17,261 bases of DNA from Candidatus Methylomirabilota bacterium (lineage in GTDB: Bacteria; Methylomirabilota; Methylomirabilia; Rokubacteriales; CSP1-6): positions 1 through 17,261 of the forward strand of contig JBKPAK010000253.1 in NCBI GenBank assembly GCA_046726415.1. The letters run 5' to 3'. Position numbers and translations under genes: made by a program. Positions 1-7,324 of this stretch are shown here, piece by piece. Within the stretch, counting starts at the first letter, position 1. Every line of letters starts with the position of its first letter. The notes below the pieces were generated by a model. That model saw only the letters and a list, made by a program, of their open reading frames with translations. It did no database searches and was not told the DNA's origin.

Positions 1-293
1 ATTCCATGGTCTTTCAGGACCTTGGCGACCGTACTCCTGGCCACGTCATGGCCCAGATTCTTCAGCGCTCCCTGGATCCGGGTGTAGCCCCACGCAGAAT
101 TCTCGGTGGCCATCCGCACAATCAGGGTCGAGATCTCCTTCATGACCCCGGGACGGCCTGGCCGCTTCGGCGTGAACGTCCACTTCCGGGCGATCAGCTG
201 GCGGTGCCACCGCACGATCGTGTCCGGCGTCACCAGGGTGGCGACCTGCCTCAAGAGCCGGCGCCCGAGTCGTCGGCCTTTGGCGTCGAGGCG
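1..293 (-). mobile_element. 5'-truncated integrase-core (IS3/IS481-like) transposase fragment, runs off the left edge
   Basis: My minus-strand translation is [40 protein letters not shown]...[41 protein letters not shown]. VTPxTxxRWHR and MAxENxxWGYxRIxGxLxxLG are typical of the HTH region of rve-type integrase-core transposases. Similarity stops near 290, so the normal N-terminus is missing. Confidence 0.85.
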
Positions 294-582
294 GCCGGGT
301 GACGCTCCGCCGAGTATTCGGACCATACGAGGGCTGAATGGGCGGTGAGCGCGAGCCTCCGCTTGGCTGATGTTGAGGGCCGTGACCCAGATGGCGCCGC
401 CGCCCGATCGCATCACCATCATGCGCGGGCGAGTTGCCACTCGCCACTGACAGCGCGAAGAGAAGGATGACAAATCTCGCACAGCGGGCACGACCCACTC
501 GCGTTGATCGCCCTCACGGAGGAGGCGCAGAGCGAAGGAGCTGGTACGACCAACAAGCAGTGCTCTTGACAAACCGCTTTAG

Positions 583-814
583 AGAAGAAGAGGCGGTCTG
601 TTCTGCGTAATCGGGGCCGAGTCATCATTCGCTTGTAGACGGCGAGCTGCTGGCGCAAGGCGTGGTTCTCCAGGGCCAGTTGGCGATGGCCGCCGAAGAG
701 GACGGGGAGGAGCCGAAGTAGGTGGAGGAGCAGGGTGATCATCAAGCTGAGATTGGCTTGAGATCAGCCCCCGATCAACCCCTTGTCCACCGGTCCGGGT
801 TTTGGCGAACGATA
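583..814 (-). mobile_element. IS481-like element left-end relic, copy 1 (terminal repeat plus first ~53 codons)
   Basis: ATG at 742 gives MITLLLHLLRLLPVLFGGHRQLALENHALRQQLAVYKRMMTRPRLRRTDRLFF, then similarity is lost. Upstream DNA aligns with copy 3 out to 814 (minus strand TATCGTTCGCCAAAACCC vs TGTCCTTCGCCATAACCC). Confidence 0.8.
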
Positions 815-923
815 GGTGCATTATTGCTTTGCCATTCTCCCGAAAGCATTTCCGTGTGTGGTTCGCGCTGCGAACGATCAAATGGAGACCATGAGGACGC
901 CAGAGCGGCAGCTACTCGCGTTC

Positions 924-958
924 TCGACGTCTCGGATTCGAGATGCTACGGTAGCCTC
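924..958 (+). promoter_or_regulatory. Putative sigma70 promoter (extended -10) for a leaderless FAD-oxidoreductase transcript
   Basis: TCGACG (924-929), 17-nt spacer ending in TGC, TACGGT (947-952), 6 nt, then GTG at 959. No Shine-Dalgarno sequence before the GTG. Confidence 0.45.
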
Positions 959-2359
959 GTGCCTGAGGCGACTAGCGTAGGGGATGCCGACGTGCGCGCG
1001 TTCGAGAAGTCCTTCGCCGGCCGCGTGATTCGCTCTCGTGACGCCGACTACGACGACGCGCGCGCGGTCTGGAACCGCATGATCGATCGGCGTCCCGCGT
1101 TGATCGCCCGCTGCGCGAACACCGACGACGTCGTTCGCGCGCTCCGGTTCGGCCGCGATCACGAGCTGCCGATCTCGGTCCGCGGCGGCGGCCACAACGT
1201 CACCGGCAACGCCGTCGTCGACGGCGGCCTGATGATCGATCTCTCGCCGATGAAGGCGACGCGCGTCGATTCCGCACGGCGCGTGATCGTGAGTGACCCC
1301 GGGCTCACCTGGAAGGACTTCGACCTCGCGACGCTGCCGTTCGGTCTTGCGACGACGGGCGGCATCATCTCGTCGACGGGCGTGGCCGGGTTGACGCTGG
1401 GTGGCGGCCACGGCTGGCTGATGCGGCGCTACGGGCTCACCTGCGACAACCTCCTGGCGGTCCAGCTCATCACCGCTGACTGCCGGCTCGTGACCGCGCG
1501 CGCGGACGAGAACCCCGATCTCTTCTGGGGCGTCCGCGGCGGCGGCGGCAACTTCGGGATCGTGACGTCGTTCGAGCTTCGGCTGCATCCGGTCACGACG
1601 GTGCTGGCGGGGTTCGTCCTCTATCCGCTCACGCGGGCACACGAGGTCTTCCGCGTCTACCGGGAGTGCGTCGCCGCGGCGCCCGACGAGCTGACCGCCG
1701 CCGTGCTCATCACGACGTGGTCCGACGGCAGGCCCGCGATCGCCGTCGTCGTCTGTCACTCCGGCGATCTCGGGGTGGGCGAGCGGCTCGTGCAGCCGGT
1801 GCGAAATCTTGCCGCGCCGATCGTGGACACGATCCGCCGCATGAGCTACGCCGAGCTCCAGACGATGTTCGACGCGACGAATCCGCCCGGCCCCTGGTAC
1901 TACCGCACCGGCTACCTCACGAGCGAGAAGGTGCTCGGCGATGACTTCGTCGACCTCCTGCTCGCGCAGACGAACTTCCCGTCACCGTCGCCGCTGTCGC
2001 GCATCTTCATCGAGCACCTAGGTGGCGCGGTGGCGCGAGTGCCCGCCAACGCCACGGCGTTCGTGCATCGCGCGGCACCCTTCGACCTAATCGTGATCGC
2101 GGGCGGCTTCCGGCCGCAGGAGACGGAGAAGAACTTCGCGTGGGCGCGCGGGGTGTCGAGCGCGATGCGCCCGTTCATGTCCGGCGGGGCATACGTGAAC
2201 TATCTGGGGGCGGATGCGGACGCGGACGCGGTACGCACGGCGTACGGCCCGGCGTGGGACAGGCTGGTGGCACTCAAGACCAAGTACGATCCCGACAACA
2301 TCTTCCACCTGAACCAGAACATTCGCCCGACTACAGCAGCTCGAATTCCTCCACGCTGA
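959..2359 (+). CDS. FAD-binding oxidoreductase (VAO/berberine-bridge-enzyme-like, 6-HDNO-type)
   Basis: YDDARAVWN..DRRPALIARC, RGGGHN (His of the covalent-FAD motif), GVAGLTLGGGHGWL, DLFWGVRGGGGNFGIVT, and the C-terminal BBE motif AYVNY...LKTKYDPDNIF. The track ORF starts at 722 inside IS DNA; in-frame GTG 959 is preferred (466 aa). Confidence 0.93.
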   Translation: MPEATSVGDADVRAFEKSFAGRVIRSRDADYDDARAVWNRMIDRRPALIARCANTDDVVRALRFGRDHELPISVRGGGHNVTGNAVVDGGLMIDLSPMKATRVDSARRVIVSDPGLTWKDFDLATLPFGLATTGGIISSTGVAGLTLGGGHGWLMRRYGLTCDNLLAVQLITADCRLVTARADENPDLFWGVRGGGGNFGIVTSFELRLHPVTTVLAGFVLYPLTRAHEVFRVYRECVAAAPDELTAAVLITTWSDGRPAIAVVVCHSGDLGVGERLVQPVRNLAAPIVDTIRRMSYAELQTMFDATNPPGPWYYRTGYLTSEKVLGDDFVDLLLAQTNFPSPSPLSRIFIEHLGGAVARVPANATAFVHRAAPFDLIVIAGGFRPQETEKNFAWARGVSSAMRPFMSGGAYVNYLGADADADAVRTAYGPAWDRLVALKTKYDPDNIFHLNQNIRPTTAARIPPR

Positions 2360-3119
2360 CTTCCGCGCCGAACCACGCGCGGCGGAATGCCCCGACGTCC
2401 CGATACGTGGCCTGCGGCAACCGCTTGAGCGTGAGCTGCACGGCCAGCGGCCGCACGTCGAACGGATACGGCGCGAACTCGACACGGCGAAACCCGACGG
2501 GCTTCATGGCCATTCGCACGCCGTCGTCGTCGCCGCCCGCGTAGCTCACCGGCACGGGCTCGACGAAGTCCTCGTACGGCTCCTGGCAGCAGAAGTAGAG
2601 GCCGAGGAGATCCCAGACCTGCATCAGCCGGTAGTTCGTCCAGATGCCCTTGGCGTCGGGCGAGGCGCGCAGCTCCTCCTGCCGCTTCTCGTTGCGCGCG
2701 ATGAACGCCTGGACTTCCGGCGAGAGCGTCGTGAGGTTGTAACGGCCGGCCGGGTGCTTGATCTTGCCGTAGCGGCCCTTCCACAAGCCGGTGCGGTGCA
2801 TGCTGACGACGAGGCCGGAGTACGGATCGATGTCGGTCATCCAGTCGAGCGCCCACTGGTAGCCCGCGAGCTGCCGGTCGGTCATCGGGACGCCGAGGAA
2901 CGGATACGGCTCGCCAGTCTCGGGATTCGTCAGCGGCCGTGTCTCGTACTGGAGCCACCCGTAGTCGTGGTACGTCGCGGCACGCACGACCGAGTCGTAC
3001 GGCGCCGGCGCCGCGAAGTCGACGTTCCCCCAGTGCGCGGCGAGCTGGCCGACGAACCGGGAATGATCGGTCTGGCCGATGAGCGTGAGCGACCCGGCGG
3101 GACTCTTGCGGACGATCAT
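2331..3119 (-). CDS. DUF3891-family protein
   Basis: AAGGAGGG RBS then ATG 3119: MIVRK...LIGQTDHSRFVGQLAAHWGN...HDYGW...IDPYSGLVVSMH...NYRLMQVWDLLGLYFC...PYPF (262 aa). Its 3' end overlaps the convergent oxidoreductase by 29 bp. Confidence 0.8.
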   Translation of the reverse strand: MIVRKSPAGSLTLIGQTDHSRFVGQLAAHWGNVDFAAPAPYDSVVRAATYHDYGWLQYETRPLTNPETGEPYPFLGVPMTDRQLAGYQWALDWMTDIDPYSGLVVSMHRTGLWKGRYGKIKHPAGRYNLTTLSPEVQAFIARNEKRQEELRASPDAKGIWTNYRLMQVWDLLGLYFCCQEPYEDFVEPVPVSYAGGDDDGVRMAMKPVGFRRVEFAPYPFDVRPLAVQLTLKRLPQATYRDVGAFRRAWFGAEVSVEEFELL

Positions 3120-3371
3120 GACGCCCTCCTTGCCGACACCGGCGAGTGTACACGGCGCCCTTATGAAAATCGGCTTCCACCTCACACCGCTCTGGTCGCC
3201 CGGCCGATCGATCGCGTCGCGCACTGACTCGGCGCTCAGTTTGCTGACGTCGCGCTGATGGTTTTGCTGGGATTCCCTGGTATTTCTCGGGACGCGCTGG
3301 CCCCTGGGACGATACGGCGATGAGTTGATTTTGGACGATTTGGGATGCTTAGGGACGCCAGGTTGTGTCCC

Positions 3372-3415
3372 CTCGTAATCAGCGGGTCCAAGGTTCGAGT
3401 CCTCGACGGCCACCA
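3372..3415 (+). pseudogene. Degenerate tRNA 3' half (att core); best fit tRNA-Lys(CTT), although the loop now reads CGT
   Basis: CTCGTAA-TCAGCGGGTC-CAAGG TTCGAGT CCTCG-ACGGCC-A-CCA. It contains the anticodon loop, variable loop, a T-arm with one mismatch, a 6-nt (not 7) acceptor strand and CCA. There is no D-arm or 5' acceptor strand upstream. Confidence 0.8.
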
Positions 3416-3428
3416 TTTCAAGTGGTTA

Positions 3429-3454
3429 GCGAGCACCTCCCGCGAGGTGCTCGC
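3429..3454. terminator. Perfect 11-bp hairpin downstream of the tRNA fragment
   Basis: GCGAGCACCTC-CCGC-GAGGTGCTCGC. There is no U-tract, so the terminator role is uncertain. Confidence 0.5.
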
Positions 3455-3737
3455 GGCCTGCTGACGTTACGCTGACCGGGGTCAATCGATCCATCTGTTT
3501 GCGCTCATCTTTTCCCCTTCCGGGCGCGGGACAATTCAGACGTTTCTGGACACGACGGCGTGTTGATCATTCGTCAGCGGGTCACGGCGAACGCCGTCGG
3601 CCGCGCGCAGGCGACGCCAAAGTTCCTCCAGACACAGCGGCAGGTTCCCGTGCGTCACCCCGAATGGCACCACGCCTTCGACGACCGGCGGCAGCGCGCC
3701 GACGTAACTGGCATGGCCGCCGACCTTCCGAATCGCG

Positions 3738-3800
3738 TCAGCGTTCCGGCAAGCCGGCCTTGCGTGCTCCCTCGAGAATCCCCTCGAATTCCTTGCGGAG
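3738..3800 (-). pseudogene. Short C-terminal shard resembling the tail of adenylate-cyclase/TPR proteins
   Basis: LRKEFEGILEGARKAGLPER* resembles the ...EGLRKAGLPE ending. It is too short for a firm call. Confidence 0.3.
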
Positions 3801-4059
3801 CGTTGGATCGTCGGAATGCCCCGACCCGTCCTGCGCCAGCTTCTGCAACGTCAAGCCTGATACGCACCAATCGGTGCCATGCCTCGCTCGGGCGGGTCGC
3901 GTCAGGTCGATGACCGGTTTCTCGATCGCCACTGTGGGGGCATGTACGCCCACAACCGCAGTTCGTCGTCCTCTTCCATACTGAGCTCGCGATGCGCGAA
4001 ACTCGAATCGCGCCGGCGCGTCGCGCTTACCTTCGCTCCGTTCATCCGAACGGCGATTG

Positions 4060-4169
4060 TCCGGCAGCCGAACAGACGGCCGCCTGCGCTCATTCCGCGC
4101 GCGACGCGGCCCGCAAGGCCGCGGTGCGTCTTCGCCCGGAGATCGTCGAGGTAGAGCTCGTTGACGACC
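4060..4169 (-). mobile_element. Large serine recombinase internal fragment (helix E/linker)
   Basis: VVNELYLDDLRAKTHRGLAGRVARGMSAGGRLFGCRT matches the NELYLxDLxxKTxRGL...GG..(Y/F)GY pattern. The catalytic N-terminus and DNA-binding domains are absent. Confidence 0.75.
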
Positions 4170-5081
4170 TTACCGGTGCCAGAGACCGGCAAACTGGGTC
4201 GCGACCAGTTCGCCGTACCGGACCTCCCCTTCCAGGGCGCCGATCTCGCGAGCGAATCGGCTGATATGGGCGACCATCTCCTCGCTTATGGTTGGGTTGT
4301 AGAAGGGAGCATCCCGTGCCACCTCGTCGGCGATGAGACCCGCCTCCTCGGCTGGAAACAGGCGTTGCGCGGCCTTCGCGGCCAACTGCGGGTCGGCCCG
4401 GAGCGCCCGTTGGGTTTTCACGATGGCCCGCACAGCCCTTGGGGCGATGTCCGGACGCTCCTTGACCAGCCGCTCCGTGGTCGCGAGCGCCGGGAAGGTC
4501 CAGTGGCGGGCCGCGGGCGGCCCGTCGCCCCGGCGCACATCGAGCAGGATCTTGGCGATGCCGCGTTTCACCCCCAGGTCTGCCCGCAGGCCGTTGCCCC
4601 AGTAGCCGTCTGCGATGCCCTGCTCGATAGCATCGACTCCATCCCAGGCCCAGTTGGGGCTGGTGCGCCGGGGACTGGGGACGATCCGGACGTTATCCCG
4701 CCGGAGGTCGATGCCCGCTTCCTCCAGCAGCCGTTTCATCGTCAGGCCGGGGTCTGCCGACGCGCTCAGGCGCAACCCTTTCACCGCACTGACGTCTCCT
4801 CGTTCGCATTTGACGTCGGAGCGGACCGCCAGGAACCAGTAGGTGTAGTGGGAAAGAGCGCACAGGAGAACGCCGCCCCGCCAGCCGTGGAAGGTCCGCA
4901 GCCCGGTGTAGGGGGAGCCTCCGAAGAAGTCGATAGCCCCGTCCTTCAGGGCTTGCGACGGATTCGGCGGCGCGAAGACGAACTCCATGTCGACGCCTTC
5001 CTGTCGGAAGAACCCGAGCTGCACGGCAGCGATGGCCACGAAGTAGGAAGGAGAGATCGCGTCAGCAACGGTAAGCCGCAT
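4170..5081 (-). CDS. NMT1/THI5/SsuA-like substrate-binding-fold protein without signal peptide
   Basis: GAAGAGG RBS then ATG 5081: MRLTVADAISPSYFVAIAAVQLGFFRQEGVD...ALKDGAIDF...LLEEAGID...FPALATTERLVKERPD...AIVKTQRALRADP (303 aa). Confidence 0.85.
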   Translation of the reverse strand: MRLTVADAISPSYFVAIAAVQLGFFRQEGVDMEFVFAPPNPSQALKDGAIDFFGGSPYTGLRTFHGWRGGVLLCALSHYTYWFLAVRSDVKCERGDVSAVKGLRLSASADPGLTMKRLLEEAGIDLRRDNVRIVPSPRRTSPNWAWDGVDAIEQGIADGYWGNGLRADLGVKRGIAKILLDVRRGDGPPAARHWTFPALATTERLVKERPDIAPRAVRAIVKTQRALRADPQLAAKAAQRLFPAEEAGLIADEVARDAPFYNPTISEEMVAHISRFAREIGALEGEVRYGELVATQFAGLWHR

Positions 5082-5343
5082 CGTATCCTCTTCGGCCCGC
5101 GCCCGCAGTGACACGTCACCCCAACCCGAGGACCGGGGATTCGTGACGGTCACCTGGTCGGGCTCGTCTCCGATCCGCTCATCGTCGGTCGTTGGCCCGG
5201 CCGGGTTCCCAAGGGGGGGATCGCTGATCGTTCCACCGCCCTCGGCCTCCGGCTCGCTCGCCCAGACCCATCATCCCTCGACCTCGAAGCGATAGACAAG
5301 CGCGGGACGATACCGCGGGCCCACGGCAACCAACGGACACAAC

Positions 5344-5365
5344 GGCTTAGCGGAGACGCTAAGCC
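5344..5365. terminator. 9-bp hairpin, possible bidirectional terminator
   Basis: GGCTTAGCG-GAGA-CGCTAAGCC, followed by CTTTG on the + strand and GTTGTGT on the - strand. Confidence 0.45.
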
Positions 5366-5753
5366 CTTTGTGCGTCTGTGCTTGTTCTCACCTGAGCGCT
5401 TCGAGGACGGCGCCCGCACGTTGCGAGTGGAACGTTTCCTCGGCTCCGGCATCGCCGGTGTCAGGGCGAGCGATAGCACGAGTGACGAGGCGGACAGGCA
5501 AGGCGTCTCATCCCGCACGTCACCGGGATCTGCCCGGCGATGCGGTCCGACTTGCCGGGAAGCTGCTTGAACCCGTCGGGAATCCGCTCGCGCAAGAACA
5601 CCAGCTTCATCCGGTCGACGTCGTCGCGTGATGACTCCCAGCTTGTCGGGGTCGTTCGCCGAAGCCCTGGTGTTCGGCGCATTTACTTTCCGAGTCTGTG
5701 ATACAAAATGGGTCCGACTTTTCGTGCAGCGCCTTCTCGCTCGGGAGGGTTCG

Positions 5754-6962
5754 ATGGTACCCGAAAAGGCGATATCTCGACGTACGGCCATGAAAGCAGT
5801 GGCCGCGGCTGCCGGCGTGACCTTTATGGCCCCCGATGCGGTGCTGGCGCAAGCGCCGAAGCCCGTGGAGCCGCCGAGCGTGATCACGACACCGCCGCGC
5901 GACTTCGGTCCGAACGCGCCGCCGAACGTGTATTTCGTCGATCCTGACGTCATCACCGTGGACCCTTCGTTCAACGCGCTTCGACAGGCCAACGCACCGA
6001 TCCAGCGCCTGTGGACCGGTGCCCTGTGGTCCGAGGGACCGGCCTGGAACAGCCAGGGTCGCTATCTCGTCTGGAGCGACATCCCCAACAACCGGCAGTT
6101 GCGCTGGCTCGAGGACGACGGGAGAGCCAGCGTGTTCCGCATGCCGTCGAACAACAGCAACGGCAACACGTTCGACTTTCAGGGCCGTCAGCTCTCGTGT
6201 GAGCACCTGACACGGCGCGTGGTGCGCTACGAGAACGACGGCTCCGTCACGCTGATCGCCGACATGTACAACGGCAAACGGCTGAACTCGCCCAACGACG
6301 TCGTGCCGCATCCCGACGGCTCGTACTGGTTCACCGATCCGCCGTACGGCGGCCAGTTGTACGAGGGTGCGCCGGACGCGGCGGGCGGGCCGAGCAACCG
6401 CGCCGGGCGGCTCAAGCCCCGGCTTGGCCAGCCGCTCGGCCTGGGCGAGTACAAGCGCGAACTGCCGCACGGCGTCTATCGCGTCGATCCGAGCGGCCGA
6501 GTGGACCTGGTGATCACCGAGCAGCAGGTGTCGAATCCCAACGGCCTCTGCTTCTCGCCTGACTACAAGAAGCTCTACGTGGCGAGCACGGGCCGCGGCC
6601 CGGGCGACACGGGCCCCGGCGGCAACCGCGACATCCACGTCTTCGACATGGGCACCGACAATAAGGTGTCCAACGGCCGGGTGTTCACGGACTGCATGGT
6701 GGACGGCATCAAGTGCGGACCGGACGGCGTGCGTACTGATGTCGAGGGCAACCTGTGGTGCTCGAGCAACGCGGGCCGCAGCGTCGGCTACAGCGGTGTC
6801 ATTGTTTGGAATCCGGAGGGCAAGCTCATCGGACGCATCCGGCTGCCGGAGGTGTGCGGCAACATCTGCTTTGGCGGGCCCAAGCGCAACCGGCTGTTCA
6901 TGGCTGCCAGCCAGTCGCTGTACGCGGTCTACGTCTCGACGCAGGGTGCCGCACCAGGGTAA
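5754..6962 (+). CDS. SMP-30/gluconolactonase/LRE-family beta-propeller with Tat signal
   Basis: GGGAGGG RBS then ATG 5754. SRRTAMK...AVLA-Q Tat signal. Motifs WSEGPAW, SDIPNN, NSNGNTFD, LNSPND, FTDPPYG, PNGLCFSPD and GPDGVRTD (402 aa). Confidence 0.93.
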   Translation: MVPEKAISRRTAMKAVAAAAGVTFMAPDAVLAQAPKPVEPPSVITTPPRDFGPNAPPNVYFVDPDVITVDPSFNALRQANAPIQRLWTGALWSEGPAWNSQGRYLVWSDIPNNRQLRWLEDDGRASVFRMPSNNSNGNTFDFQGRQLSCEHLTRRVVRYENDGSVTLIADMYNGKRLNSPNDVVPHPDGSYWFTDPPYGGQLYEGAPDAAGGPSNRAGRLKPRLGQPLGLGEYKRELPHGVYRVDPSGRVDLVITEQQVSNPNGLCFSPDYKKLYVASTGRGPGDTGPGGNRDIHVFDMGTDNKVSNGRVFTDCMVDGIKCGPDGVRTDVEGNLWCSSNAGRSVGYSGVIVWNPEGKLIGRIRLPEVCGNICFGGPKRNRLFMAASQSLYAVYVSTQGAAPG

Positions 6963-7029
6963 AACGAATCCGCCCGGGCCCAGTGCCCGCTCGCACTGCT
7001 CACGCGACCAGCAGGGCGGCACATCCGCA

Positions 7030-7220
7030 CTGCACGATCATGAAGCCTACCGCCACTCTGCCCACACCCGCGATAGGCAAACCCCAAAGAGCTGATCGCT
7101 CGGATGTAGCTTCGGCCGCCTGAGCGTCTTCTTGTAAACGGAGAGCTGCTGGCGCAAGGCGAGGTTCTCGAGGGCGAGGTGGCGGTGGCCGTCGAAGAAG
7201 ACCGGGAGGAGTCGGGAAAG
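7030..7220 (-). mobile_element. IS481-like element N-terminal relic, copy 2 (no start codon or terminus; internal stop)
   Basis: LSRLLPVFFDGHRHLALENLALRQQLSVYKKTLRRPKLHPSDQLFGVCLSRVWAEWR* is homologous to the copies at 583-742 and 12075-12215. Confidence 0.8.
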
Positions 7221-7224
7221 TGGA

Positions 7225-7324
7225 GCGACGCGCTTTGGTGGTAGAAGCGCGGCACGGTCATCGGTGCGAGCGCGCGCCACGTCTCAGTGGCGGGATCGAA
7301 CTCCTCGGAGACGAGCACTCGCAT
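7225..7324 (-). pseudogene. Single kelch/galactose-oxidase-type repeat shard
   Basis: SEEFDPATETWRALAPMTVPRFYHQSASL fits the E-x-(Y/W/F)DP-x-T-x-TW...M-x-x-PR-x-YH kelch pattern. About 30 aa only. Confidence 0.6.

Larger units (their letters stand above)
3222..3476. repeat. Direct repeats flanking the tRNA fragment (candidate integrase arm-type sites)
   Basis: TGCTGACGTCGCGCTGA (3242-3258) vs TGCTGACGTTACGCTGA (3459-3475), 15/17 identical. A weaker third copy lies at 3222-3238. Each copy is two GCTGA-like units 11 bp apart. Confidence 0.65.

Noticed and set aside
722..958. 79-codon N-terminal extension of the oxidoreductase in the ORF track
   Set aside because: It runs antisense through the IS relic and its terminus, and family similarity starts only after ~959.
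3340..3415. Intact tRNA-Thr(CGT)
   Set aside because: No D-arm, no 5' acceptor strand and no 5' anticodon-stem strand pairing with TCAGC. Only the 3' half is present.
3120..3416. N-terminal extension of the DUF3891 ORF (MVAVEDSNLGPADYE...)
   Set aside because: It is the antisense reading of the tRNA fragment and att arm. The RBS supports ATG 3119.
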